A program made the position numbers and the translations under genes. 64,000 nt of DNA from Octopus sinensis (lineage: Eukaryota), in assembly GCF_006345805.1 (NCBI RefSeq), contig NC_043010.1:21328001-21392000 (forward strand). The letters run 5' to 3'. Positions 26,817 through 39,205 of this stretch are shown here, piece by piece. The notes below the pieces were generated by a model that made no database searches, was not told the origin of the DNA, and worked only from the letters and a program-made list of their open reading frames with translations. How positions within the stretch are numbered: position 1 is the first letter of the stretch; each line of letters opens with the position of its first letter.

Positions 26817-27035
26817 TACCCAGTCACACACACACGTATATATACATATATGAAATAGTTATCTGATAGTAGACCTAATAAAGTCAGTAATATTTATAGT
26901 ATGTTCGTAGAGCTTGCGATCACGTGAAAGGATTATAAAGGATAAATACTAATGTATAGAATAAAGGATTAACGTGTCCTATAAATATACATATACGAAT
27001 TCAGTTCTCTATATCACCATCATTTTCATGAAACG

Positions 27036-27080
<45 letters not shown>

Positions 27081-27419
27081 GTTGGAATTTGTGTGTATAT
27101 ATATATATATATGCATATATATGTGTCTTTGAGTGTGCGTATCTGTGTGTGCGTGCGTGTGTGTATGAGTGTGTGTGTGTGCACGTGTGTATATGTGTCT
27201 ATTCGTCTGTATATGTATACATATATGCACACTCGTTTAAAATCAATCACACACAGAGATACTTTCGAAGCATATAAATCTATATTATATATCTGGGAAT
27301 AAATGTCAGAGCTACACTTTAGAATCTACAAATACTTGTACAATTGTCAATTTCATATACATACATACACGTAAACATGTATTTAATATATATATATATA
27401 TATATATATATGCGTGTGT

Positions 27420-27451
27420 GTATATATATGTGTGTGTATATATATATGTAT

Positions 27452-27482
<31 letters not shown>

Positions 27483-27511
27483 CACATACACGCACACATG
27501 TACAAATGTAG

Positions 27512-27557
<46 letters not shown>

Positions 27558-27591
27558 CATATCTACATTTGTACATGTGTGCGTGTATGTG

Positions 27592-27624
<33 letters not shown>

Positions 27625-27662
27625 ATATACATATATATATATATACACACACATATATATAC
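27420..27662. repeat. Palindrome of a compound microsatellite centred on a TA run
   Basis: ACACATACACGCACACATGTACAAATGTAGATATGTATA versus TATACATATCTACATTTGTACATGTGTGCGTGTATGTGT. Confidence 0.85.
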
Positions 27663-27693
27663 AGAGAAAGAAAACATTTGAGGAAAATATATA

Positions 27694-27750
<57 letters not shown>

Positions 27751-28494
27751 TGAAAGAGAGGCGCATATACAAGTCGCACACATTATAAATATATTCAAAT
27801 AAATATTCATGTGTGTGTATGAATATGTGTCTACAAATATAATTGAGGGGACACATATATACAGTCAGTCCTATATAGTTCTATCGACAGATATAAATGC
27901 ACAAGTAGACACTTATGTTACACTTGTAACAGCCATTTTTAGGCAGTTATTAGTTTCCAAATGCGTTAATAGATATGTACATACAAAGGCGAGTGTGCAC
28001 ACACGTTTTGTGTGTTTGTATACACATAAACCCACACATACATACCTCCATATATACATAAATACTCTCTCTCTCTGTCTTACACACACATATATTCTTA
28101 TTTGTATATGTGTGTGTGTGTGTACATTTTCTATAGACGCAGAAACCTGTATTTGTTTGTGTAAGAGTGTCAATGCTATTTACATATAATTTTCCAAATA
28201 TCAGAGCTAGACATCAAAAGATATTCCTCCGCTCACATCCGAAATATTATTTTCCTTCCTACTTCAGATCGGTTTCAGCCAATGGCGGACGAGGCCATTT
28301 CTAACATAATGGCGCCCAACGAATATCAAGTTTATAAAACATTATTTTACCTGAATTGCATCACATTCACCACTGAAATTTTGTAGCAATGGTTTATCGT
28401 GTTGTTTATCTGCAGTTCGGACTTACGTTCAAACACATTCCATTAATGACCATCTCGTCTTATATTTCAAGCATCACGTGCCTAATATTTCATC

Positions 28495-28502
28495 ATACAT
28501 TG

Positions 28503-28559
<57 letters not shown>

Positions 28560-28568
28560 AGTCTGTCC

Positions 28569-28599
<31 letters not shown>

Positions 28600-28760
28600 G
28601 AAAAAATAACCAACCAAACAACCAATCAACCTACCTACCTACATACATACCTACATATCTATCAATCAATCTATCTATCGATCTGTCTTTACAAACACAC
28701 ACACACAAACATAAACACACACACGCGCGCACACACATATAGTTATACATGTATAAATAT
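28495..28760 (+). repeat. Direct duplicate of 25086-25330
   Basis: Shared TTGCTATCTAT..., AACCAA.CA.CCTACCTACCTACATACATACCTACATATCTATCAATCAATCTATCTATCGATCTGTCTTTACAAACACAC. Confidence 0.85.
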
Positions 28761-29749
28761 AGATATATATAGTCTGTGATCTTGTCAATTTTAAACAAAT
28801 AGGGTTTAGTGTTACTTAGCTGGTGTTTCCAGCAGACGGAACGACTAAATAAATTCTCTCTCTTGTTGGGATCAATTAGAAACAGAGTCGTCTGCCTGAT
28901 AGACATTACGAACATCGTTTTCAGAAAGTGACTAATGTTTTAGCTCACGATTATTTTTTTGCCATTTTCTTGTGATTAAAAACAACTGTGTCGTTAGGCT
29001 TAAAAACAACTGTGTCTATTTGACTACGTCCTCGATTATTTGTGGCACCACTGTTTGAATCAACTGCATTAAATATCTCTACTGGTCAGATGATTGAAAA
29101 AAAAAATCATGTAAACAAACAAAAACAGCCAACGTATACGAGAAGAATATGATTATACTTTACTGAAGATGTCTGAAATTAAACATAACAGAATTGTTAT
29201 TGCATTTAACAAAAACAGATTCACTCCCAACTTCCTCTTCTTATTAAAGTTTTAAGCAATTTAACTTTTAAATTTATCTCCCTTGTCTTTGACAAATATT
29301 AACATCAATACAACTACTACACTTCTTATTGTGAGTAAAATTTTATTGAATGATTATTTAAGGGCGAAACTCGGTATAGTAGTTAAGAACAGCAATTTAA
29401 AAACAACAACCAAGCATAAAAACGGTATTGTTAAAATTATTATTTCCTGTGTATTTCCTAAGGTGATGTGGCATTTAAAAGAGGGTGCTTGTTTGAGATA
29501 TTATTGGATTACTGCGTTTGAGGCTTTGAAAAATACTTTCGTTTGTTTACGGAAATATGGTTTTATAGTGTACTCTTATGGCAGAAAATCATTTCATCTT
29601 ACAGAAAAAAAAAATATCAGTTTTTTTTCGAAGAGGTGTCTTCAAATTGGTACAACATATCCATCGATATCTCTGTCTGTCTGTCTCTGCTTCTGTCTCT
29701 CTCTGCTTTAGTCTCTCTGTCTCTCTCTTCCTCTGTCTCTCTCTATCTC

Positions 29750-29787
<38 letters not shown>

Positions 29788-32700
29788 CCTCTCTCTCTCT
29801 CTTTCGGCACATGAACTTCTTTTAGAATTTTCTGTTGTTTCTGCTGACGTTTTATTCCGAATCTGTCTCACTTTCATACTTATGTAGAATGCATATTATA
29901 TATTTCAAAATTTAAATAAAGCAAGAATGAGTTTATCAAGATCAGATGGTTGTTGTAATTCGGAACAAAATTCGCTTTTCGTTAAAGAAAAAGTAGCAAG
30001 AGTAAAATCGTGACTGGTACAAAAATACATCTACGGGTTGGTGGTGGTGCTATAAAGAGAGAATTAGCCTCAAACAGAGTTTCACTTCTCATATTTCCTT
30101 TTGTGATATTTTTCAAGATTCAAAATGACAGATTTACTCAAATTTTATTGAATTTTATTTTAAACAAAAAGCAAACAGTAGTTTTTCTGTGGTGTACATG
30201 ATAAAGAAGCACCACAGAAAGAAAATATGGAATGGACGAGACAAGACCAGAGGAAAGAGATAACGGTAGTGTTATAAAAGTAGATATCTAGAAGAATGTG
30301 GTTGCAAACTTAACTGCTGGGTTCACTGGGGAGCTTGTGTTTTCTCATTTGGCACATATTCCCTCGTACCATGTTTTTCGTGAAGAGCTTAATATGTTTA
30401 ATGTAGGAATCCCATTATTTATTTCCTACGAAATGTAGGAATAAAGCACTTGATATTTAGGAACTGTGAACAACGATGATACAAAGAAAGAAAAATAGTA
30501 GTCAAGGGTTTTGATTATTATTATTTCAGTAAAGACAGGGGAAAAAAGTTTTGGATACCACCTGGAAATATATGTCCACTTATACAAATGTACATTTCCT
30601 TAGAAATTCATAGACGTCTGCTAATATAGAGGAAAGTTAATTTATCAAGATACTAAATATTCGTTTAAATTCACAGCAAACTTTGTCTAATTTCACTAAG
30701 GTTATTTCCCAATTTTATCTGTGGCAGTTGTTCAATTTTATCGGTAGATGTTGCCCAATTTCTTCATATTGGTTTCAAATAAATTGTATTTCCTATTCAT
30801 TTATATATTTTTCTATCTCTAGAAACTGATGTTGACATATGCTTCTAACCTATCCAAATTCAACTGAAGTGTAAAGCATTCAATGAATGCAGAAAGTAGA
30901 AGCTCTAAGAGTGTTATCGACTGGGAAAGAGAATAGATGCAAAATTATTTATATTTCTACTCGGTAGAATTTAGCTACATGTGTGTATCTGAAAGCAAAC
31001 TTAATAATTCCTCAAATGTTTTCTTTCTCGAAACTTCGGTGCTGTGAATATCCAGACGAGACAAAAAGCTTGAAGTAAATAATGGGATTCTTTTGCGAGA
31101 CATTTGAGTGAATAAAAACAGGATATTGACAAAAATATGCGAAGAAATGTTTCCAAAATGTGACCTGTACGGATTATTTCGTCGTTTTCCTTCTGGACAT
31201 TCTGTACGCTATATTGCATTCAAATGCATTTATCCAATATTAAAAATGGAAACGGAACGTTGTCGATGGACATTATCTGCGGTGACGCGCTACCGAAAAG
31301 TCACTAAGAATTCGGTTCTTGTAGGAAATGCCTCGAATTACACTAAAGTAATTATCACACTTTTGGGCTGAGATTCACGTCTCCTTACCAATTCTCCTTA
31401 AAGAGTTATAGCTTCTTTCTGTATTTTCGTTTTCATGTGGAAAATCCGTCACCAGTTTTGGACGACAGCTCTATTAAAGATATTAAGTGTTTATGACCAG
31501 CAGTGAAACACGTGACTGGTCCTTGGAGATTTTTGTGAGACATGATGACATAATCAGCTTATGGGTCTACACACTTTATACCTCATTTGGCACATCATAC
31601 ACATTTTGATGACAGTGTGCATAAGTGGATTTATGTGTTCACACACACTCGCCCACACACACGCACACACACACACATCTGTGTATGTGAGTTGGTTCGT
31701 GTGTATAAGAGTGTTGGTGTCTGCATGACCCCATATATTTGGTTGTATGCATGATGCGTACATAGAAATTGGTATGTGTTAGAGCGTGAGTAGGCAAGAG
31801 TGTATAAGTAGTTTGCAATGATTATTAGATTAGGGAAATGTGTTAAGGTGGAAGTGGCTTTTAGATTCTAGATACAGTGTCTTAGAAAGTGTAGCATCCC
31901 TTGAGCATCTATCTTCTCACTGAAGGGAAATTAATGGACATTTTTGCCTTTTTGTTTGTTTCATAATGGGAAATGGAAATAACTGCGAATGACTGAATTC
32001 CTATAAGTTTGGAAATGCATTTATTATATGTGTTTATATATATATTTGTTTTGTGTGTGATTTTAAATATGTACATGCATGTATGTAGCCTTATATTTAT
32101 TCGAGTGTGAAAGAGGAATATTTGCAAATACATTACCTAATATATTACTTGAGTTCCTGTATTCTCAATCTTCACACCATCTTCTTTCGCCAACTTCCCA
32201 AATATAGCTCAGACTAACAATAGTGTAACAAATAATATAAATACTTAACATCACCACTTTTCTTTTCTCATGAGATTGAAGCTATACGTTATTGCAGGAT
32301 CAAACTAAACAAACCTTTTTATAGTTAGGTGAGGAATGTCAGTGTTGGTTGGTCTCTGTTAAAGTACTTTCGGTGAGACGGGTATGCTTCGATCTTAATA
32401 CACGTATTTCTCAAAAAGAATAGATCCGATATGTTTTGAAGTTACAAATTTGTTACAAAAATAAGATATAAAAGTTTAACAACCAAAAAATGGAAAGACT
32501 GGAAAAGAAATATTGATAGGAGATAAGCGAAATAAAATTTTAGTTCTGGTTGAATTACGTATATTCTTTTAATATTTTCTTAGATTCACTCATTGGACTA
32601 TAACCAATGAGCGTCTTCACTCCAAGAATATAAGCAATCACATCCAGCCCAGGACTTAGTTCAGTATATTTTTGAACTCACAAAATAGACACAGTAACTC

Positions 32701-32808
32701 AACAGCTTATCTTCTGACTTTTATATAAGTATAAATGTGTGTGTGTGTGTGTGTGTGTGTATGAATAAACCTTATATGTATATGCATACGTCTATGTATG
32801 CATGCGTG

Positions 32809-32871
<63 letters not shown>

Positions 32872-32904
32872 TATATAAGGAATTATGAATATGTAATATG
32901 TATG

Positions 32905-32937
<33 letters not shown>

Positions 32938-32999
32938 ATAAAAGGAATTATGAATATGTAATAGGTATGAGCATATGCGTTTATGATATATATAATATT

Positions 33000-33212
33000 G
33001 ATTTCAAATTTTAGCCCACGGACAGCATTCTCAGGGAAGAGGGAAAGTCGATTACATCGATTCCAGTGCTCAATTGGAACTTATTTTATCGACCCCCGAA
33101 GGATGTAAGGGAACGTCAACCTCGGTTGAATTTTTACTCGGAACGTAATGACGGACGAAATGCGAAAACGCATTTTGTCCGGCGTGCTAACATTTCAGTT
33201 AGCTCGCCGCAC
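33000..33212 (-). mobile_element. tRNA-derived SINE (family 2), degenerate
   Basis: GTCGATTACATCGA, TTATTTTATCGACCCC.GAAGGATG, GCTCGCCGC blocks as in the 20.3-kb copy. Confidence 0.7.
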
Positions 33213-33564
33213 TTGTGATGTATATAATAATAGAACACACTGGTAAACAGAGCATACGATATACAAGTTACAACTACAAATCTAATGGTGAAAGACTCTA
33301 TCGGTCAAATTCTTGCAAGGAGATCTGTTTAAACACAAGCCTCTCCAATATAAAAAGAATGCACAGAAACCCGAAACTAATTCACATCCTGCAGATGAGA
33401 TTCAGATGATGTGTATGTACAAAGGGATAAGAAAGACAACTTTGTGATATTGTTACAAACGAACTTTAAGTGTCAGACACCTACATACGAGAAAACGTTA
33501 AAAAATTAGACGAACTAAATATCTTTGCTCACTCACTCACTATATCTCTAATTAACTGAAGTGA

Positions 33565-33842
33565 AGGCACCTGGCTAAGTAGTTAGTGTTATCAGCTTCT
33601 TGTCGTAAGGCTGTGAGATCGATTCCAGGCGGCAAGTTGTGATCTTGAGCAAGACACTTTATTTCACGTTTCTCCTGTCCCCTCAGCTGGCAAAAATGAA
33701 TTGTAACTGTATTTAAGAGGGCCAACCTCGTCACATTCTTTGTCACGCTGAATCTCTGAGAATTACGTTAAGTGAACGCGAGTCTTTGGAGTGATGTTCC
33801 GTTGACCGGAACTCTCATCGTCGTAACAGACGGAGTACCATT
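33565..33842 (+). mobile_element. SINE-like element (family 3)
   Basis: tRNA-like head TGGCTAAGTAGTTAG...GAGATCGATTCC; homologous to 8165-8485. Confidence 0.6.
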
Positions 33843-36010
33843 ACATAAGTGAATGTTTAGATGATTCTGGTTGAATAAACAGTTTTGTATTTGTTTTTAA
33901 AATTCATATGGAATGGAAGATGATTAAAAAGAACAACATTGCATGGAAATATCTGATGGACATCTTATCTTTGACGATAACGGTAAGCTTTGTAAGGCGA
34001 TTTGGCCTGAAAGAAAGAAAGAGCGGAGAAAAAAAGAAAATATGACAGAACGAATGAATTATTGATTTCCTTTTTACTGTAACTGCCTTTCAGCCAATTA
34101 CGTGCTTCTACAATGTAGTTTCGAATTAATTCTCCTTCACAGCTCTTTTAATCAAGTGAATACAACAGTTCCTAATTTATATCACCCTCTTTATTTTACC
34201 ATTTTCCCAAGCAGGATCTGCTTCGCGTGTTCGTTTTACGAAACACGAAAAGCCAGACTGCTGCCTCTCAAGAAGACACACTTCCAGCACCATTAAGGAG
34301 ATCTGTTTTTTCTTTGAAGTCTTACCCTCATATCATTCATTAATTAACTAAAACTGCTACAAAAATATGCCCTCAGAGTCATCTAATTCCCTTCTTTCTT
34401 ATTCTTTACGTGTAAACCAAACCAGAACTGGTTTCAATCATTGATGTAAAAATCAAAGGTAATATGGACGAATGTTAAGAGTTGCAGAGTGTCTGCTTCA
34501 AACATCTGAACAAGTTATAGAGATGCAGTGGAAATCTCTGTCGACATAATTCCTTCAGCACAACATCACTAGAAAATAAGAGTAAGAACTCATGCAAGCG
34601 CTTGGATAATTTCATTTTCTCTTCAAGTATCTAGTCAATCACACAACCTTGATAGGCTGAATGCACTTTACATAATTTTCCTTATGAGTGATGACCATGT
34701 AACGTTTTAACAACACGTCTGCATCTAAATGATATTCCAGACTAAATTTAAGACATGTAATCTCCACATTTCGTTAAATATTACTACGTATTATAACGGC
34801 TGATTATAAAAGTTTGGCAAAGTTTTGTGTATTAAAATTAGTTATACATTTAGATCTACATACATACATACACACACGCATATATATATATATATTTATC
34901 AGAAGGATGTGTTATAATGCTATTTCACATATACAAAAACAGCGATACCAACAATCCAACATACGTCCATCATCAGCTGCCTCACAGATATCATTACGGT
35001 TTCGACACCTGGACAGTACCATTCAATCCAGCGATGTCAACAGCATTAAAATAAGAGTTGTCTAGGAACGAACATACCAAAGAAACCACAACTTTCAAAC
35101 ACATTTACCCTATGTACAACAGTCATACAAAAATCTTCTCTACAGTCTCCCATAGTATAATATAAAAGTGAAAGCTTCATAACCACATTCATTCAATCTA
35201 AACATAGGCAGAATTAAACACTAACTTTAAAATTAAACTACGACAAAGAAATACAGGAATCTATGTACATCTGTGTCGGTATTAATAGTAAAGCTACAAT
35301 ATTTAAATTATATAAAAAATAGTGACCAATCTTTAAGTCTATACAAATAATAACCCTACTAATCTTCCATAGTTACTACTATAATAAAAAAAATAAAAGC
35401 TTTATATTCAATTCTCTCCAAAATAAAAAAAACGATTGAATTTAATTCAACGGATAATATAATAATTATGAATGAAATATATTATTTCATAATTCAAAAG
35501 TCAGTAATTGAAGCGCTATATACTCATTAATACGTATTACCCTTAGAAGCTTTAATGTAAAATTACCAGTAACTAATAGCAACATCAAATTCATCAAATA
35601 GGAACTAATAAAAGTATACTTGTAATTAACTATTATTATAAAACCTCGTTACGATTAAAGCTAAATTAAAACTGTTTAAAAGGTGGTAAAACTACAAAGT
35701 ATTTTCAAACCACATGGTTCATCACTTGTAGAACTTAAATGATTATCTTAACTATTGATGACGTAATGCGTAATTACCCAATATTTATCTACAATTTAAA
35801 ATTTAGATAGATATGGAGTAGTATCAAGTCTTCAACACTGTAAATATTTCTAAAGATTTGGAAAGTTTACGATTCAAGTTATTTGCTTACTACGTCGCCA
35901 ATATTGTTTGAATCAATTGAGGAAGTAATAATTACGCACTAAACAGCGATTAAAAGTTTTAACTAATTTACCATATCTATACCTTTGTGTCACTTTATGT
36001 CTTAACAGTT

Positions 36011-36203
36011 AAGGCAGAGAGCTGGCAGAAACGTTAGCACACCGGGCGAAATGCTTAGCCGTTACGTTCTGAGTTCAAATTCCGCTGAGGTCGATTAAAT
36101 AAGTACCAGTTACGCACTGGGGTCGATGTAATCGACTTAATCCCTTTGTCTGTCCTTGTTTGTCCCCTCTATGTTTAGCCCCTTGTGGGCAATAAAGAAA
36201 TAA
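36011..36203 (+). mobile_element. tRNA-derived SINE (family-2 head) with a Tx1-like 3' tail
   Basis: Head AGGCAGAGAGCTGGCAGAAACGTTAG..GAGTTCAAATTCC; last 42 nt match the Tx1 3' end at 18479-18520 at 33/42 ungapped positions. Confidence 0.8.
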
Positions 36204-36436
36204 TATGTCTTAGTTCATATATTCTTCCTAAAAATTTATTAGCATAATAAAAACACCATAACCAATAAAAGAAGGAATTCTACCACCGAACCATGGCATT
36301 GATGCCACTTGGGAACCAAAATCTCCTGTTTCATTATAAATGTCCGTACATATTTCATTATTACCCTTAATTACTAAATTGACGTTTAAATAATTAATAT
36401 TCCTTATATTGTTCCCATTTCTGGTGGCTATATATT

Positions 36437-37090
36437 CGAGGGAAGTCAAAAGTTTTTCTCACTTTCACCATAATATATCTTTATTATTGTTACACTGTCT
36501 TTTGCCTATGCGTGCTTATAGTTGGTACTATTGTTGTCACGCGATTAAAGTTTGAGCCTCATCTTGCCGTTTTTCTTAGAGTAAGCATGGCGGCTTCACT
36601 TGCAATGTGCACCAAAGAGGAACAAAGACCAGTGATCTGAGAGAGTGTAAGGGTGAACCGGTTCATCATCAGCACCCCTTAAGCTTACTGACTCTTCTCA
36701 TCAGGGGTGAAATTTGACGGGCGTCCTGCTCCCTCTTCGTGCGTCACTCTTGTCCGGTCACTTTTAAACATTTCGAACCACCCATTCACTTCTATACGGT
36801 AGTGCAATGTTTCCGTATTATGCTAAAAGTCTCCAATGAGCTTCAGAACCCGACACACTTTTCGGCCAAAGAAATCGGATCACTACACTTTCTACTTTTT
36901 GGTACACACTGCTACTGGAGCGTCCATGCTTACACTGTAAATCCAGAAAGAAAAATTGGCACGATCAGGCTCAAACCTGGATCACGAGACCACAATAGTA
37001 CCAATTGTAAGCATGCGTGCACAGAAAGCAGTGTGACAATAATAGAGATATGTTATGATGAAGGTGCGGATAATTTTTGACTGTCCTTCG
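36437..37090. mobile_element. Non-autonomous mariner derivative made of two inward-facing 5' ends
   Basis: Left arm CGAGGGAAGTCAAAA...MAASLAMCTKEEQRPVI (+) is homologous over about 200 bp to the right arm CGAAGGACAGTCAAAA... (-), which continues into GWFEMFKSDRTRVTHEEGAGRPS. Confidence 0.75.
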
Positions 37091-37113
37091 TTTGTGTGCG
37101 TGTGTATGTGTAT

Positions 37114-37156
<43 letters not shown>

Positions 37157-37158
<2 letters not shown>

Positions 37159-37439
37159 AGTAATACTAAGCAATAAGGGTTTAGCAACGAGTTGCCTTAC
37201 CAAATACCGAATTTAGAAATAGCAGTCAAAGGGTTATAGCTATTTCTTCTACTAAAAAGGGAGATCTCAGTAAAAACAGCATTGGAAGGCAGACACAAAC
37301 AAATGCCTTCCAAATGCTGTTTTTACTGAGATCTCCCTTTTTAGTAGAAGAAATAGCTATAACCCTTTGACTGCTATTTCTAAATTCGGTATGTGGTAAG
37401 GCAACTCGTTGCTAAACCCTTATTGCTTAGTATTACTTA
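37157..37439. repeat. Near-perfect palindrome (about 135-bp arms, 12-nt spacer)
   Basis: Arms differ by one substitution and one 1-nt indel; spacer GACACAAACAAA at 37292-37303. Confidence 0.95.
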
Positions 37440-37531
37440 AATTTTCCTCGAATGAGGCTTTTACATGCCGAAGACTACTTGGTGTAATTGATAATTTTTC
37501 CAAATTAATTAATTTCACCCTTCATTATTAC

Positions 37532-37566
<35 letters not shown>

Positions 37567-37645
37567 ATTGTTAAAGAGGACAACAAGTGTTAAGGCAAGG
37601 CAAACATCTCAAGGCATATACATTATTATTATTAGAAAAAATTCA

Positions 37646-37701
37646 GTCTTATACTTGTTTATGGAATATCCCAGAGTATGGGATATTCCGTCATCGGAGA
37701 C
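37646..37701 (-). ncRNA. Degenerate HHR with CCGATGA core at the 5' end of the 16.7/42.4-kb repeat family
   Basis: Minus strand GTCT-CCGATGA-C-GGAATATCCCA/TGGGATATTCC (11-bp stem II), ATAAA in place of GAAA, poor stem III, AGAC closes stem I. Confidence 0.45.
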
Positions 37702-37912
37702 AAATAGGGAAAATGAGAAGGGTATATATGAAGGAAATGATGACACAGAGGACAGGAGTAAAGGAATAAGGAGAAGAAAGAGAAGAAAAAAGAAGCATAA
37801 AAGTTCACAATTCAACTTTCCCCTTTCTTGTAGAAATAAGTCCGTAAGTACTTAGCTCCAATACGCAGGATTGCACCTAATGACATATATATATATATAT
37901 ATACATACATAA

Positions 37913-37950
<38 letters not shown>

Positions 37951-37958
37951 CATATCTA

Positions 37959-38024
<66 letters not shown>

Positions 38025-38038
38025 CCTCTCTCTCTCTC

Positions 38039-38090
<52 letters not shown>

Positions 38091-39019
38091 AACGGTGACA
38101 TCTTTCTATGTGTAGAGAAAATGAAACATGAGGGTGAAAATAAACTAAATAATACACACGACACATCAGAAAGCTCTTTGGTCTCCAGACGTCCAACTTC
38201 GTACGGCCTTCGACACTATATTATATATCACAGAAAAGTTTATTGGAGGAGAATTAAATCTAATAGTTTACGAAGTAGCATCCAAATCACCGATATACCA
38301 TGCTACAAAAACCTATGTAAGTATTTACATAAATGTGTTTAATTAGCTCTCATTCTGTCCCGTTATTTCCTCCTCTCTCTCCCTCTCTCTCTCACACACG
38401 TACACGAACAAATGACATATAAACACATACAGCCTGAAAGAGAGAGAGAGAGACAGATAGAGAGAGACAGAGCAGTGCACACGCATATGTATTATGTATG
38501 TAACTATATATGTATGTATAAATACGAATCGGTTTCTGACTGAAGAATGAAGGCTCTGAATTACTGTCCGTTTTTCCGTGTTTGTCAATTCGTGAATTTC
38601 ACGTTCTTTATAAATAAGTTTTATTCTATATTATCGCAGCGTACGTGCACCAATCCATTTATGTTTGTCATATCTCCACTATTGCACGATGTCTTCAACT
38701 TTAAACCTCCCCTTTATCATCCGCCATTGCTTCTTCCTCAAGGTATTTTGGCGCTTCTTTACCAAGTTATTTTGGCGCCCCTTCCTCTCACCCTCTTTAA
38801 TTCTTTCTTTCCCTCTCTCTCTTGGTCATTTCTCGGCCATCCTCAATCCCCCTCTCTCTTTCTCTCTCACCTTCATGCAACCTGCTGCTGCTAAGCCATT
38901 CCAATGCTGACAGCCGCCTGTACAACACATGTGTCCTCTACCGAAAAGGTAACCGCTTCCCACGCTTGCTGATCAATTGTTTTGTCTCATTTTGTCTGAA
39001 AGTCGTAAGACGCTCCCGT

Positions 39020-39205
39020 ATGGAGTTTAACTGCTCTTTCTAGTGAGTCAGATGTCCTATTATTGTAATCTCTTATGTGTTCAAATGCACACTATATTTT
39101 TCTATGAATAATATATAGTCTATTGATTATTCTTTCCTTCTCGCTAGACCACTGGTAGCGGAGAATTTTTCTAAAATTTGTTTTGCTACCATAAGATTTA
39201 TTATA
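39020..39205 (+). repeat. Second copy of the 23130-23308 tail
   Basis: Highly similar over about 180 bp. Confidence 0.85.

Noticed and set aside
30990-31380. Possible DNA transposase fragment (hAT- or Sola-like)
   Set aside because: Only vague resemblance; no diagnostic motif in any frame.
35050-36430. A/C-skewed AT-rich block resembling a mitochondrial insertion (ECGYE resembles the ND3 ECGF motif; hydrophobic stretches resemble ND5)
   Set aside because: No continuous match to any mitochondrial gene motif in the invertebrate mitochondrial code; a BLAST against cephalopod mtDNA would be needed.
38960-39020. CTGATCA...GAAA-GTC-GTAA-GAC as a degenerate hammerhead upstream of the shared tail
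   Set aside because: G8 and U16.1 are both substituted and stem II does not pair; too weak to call.
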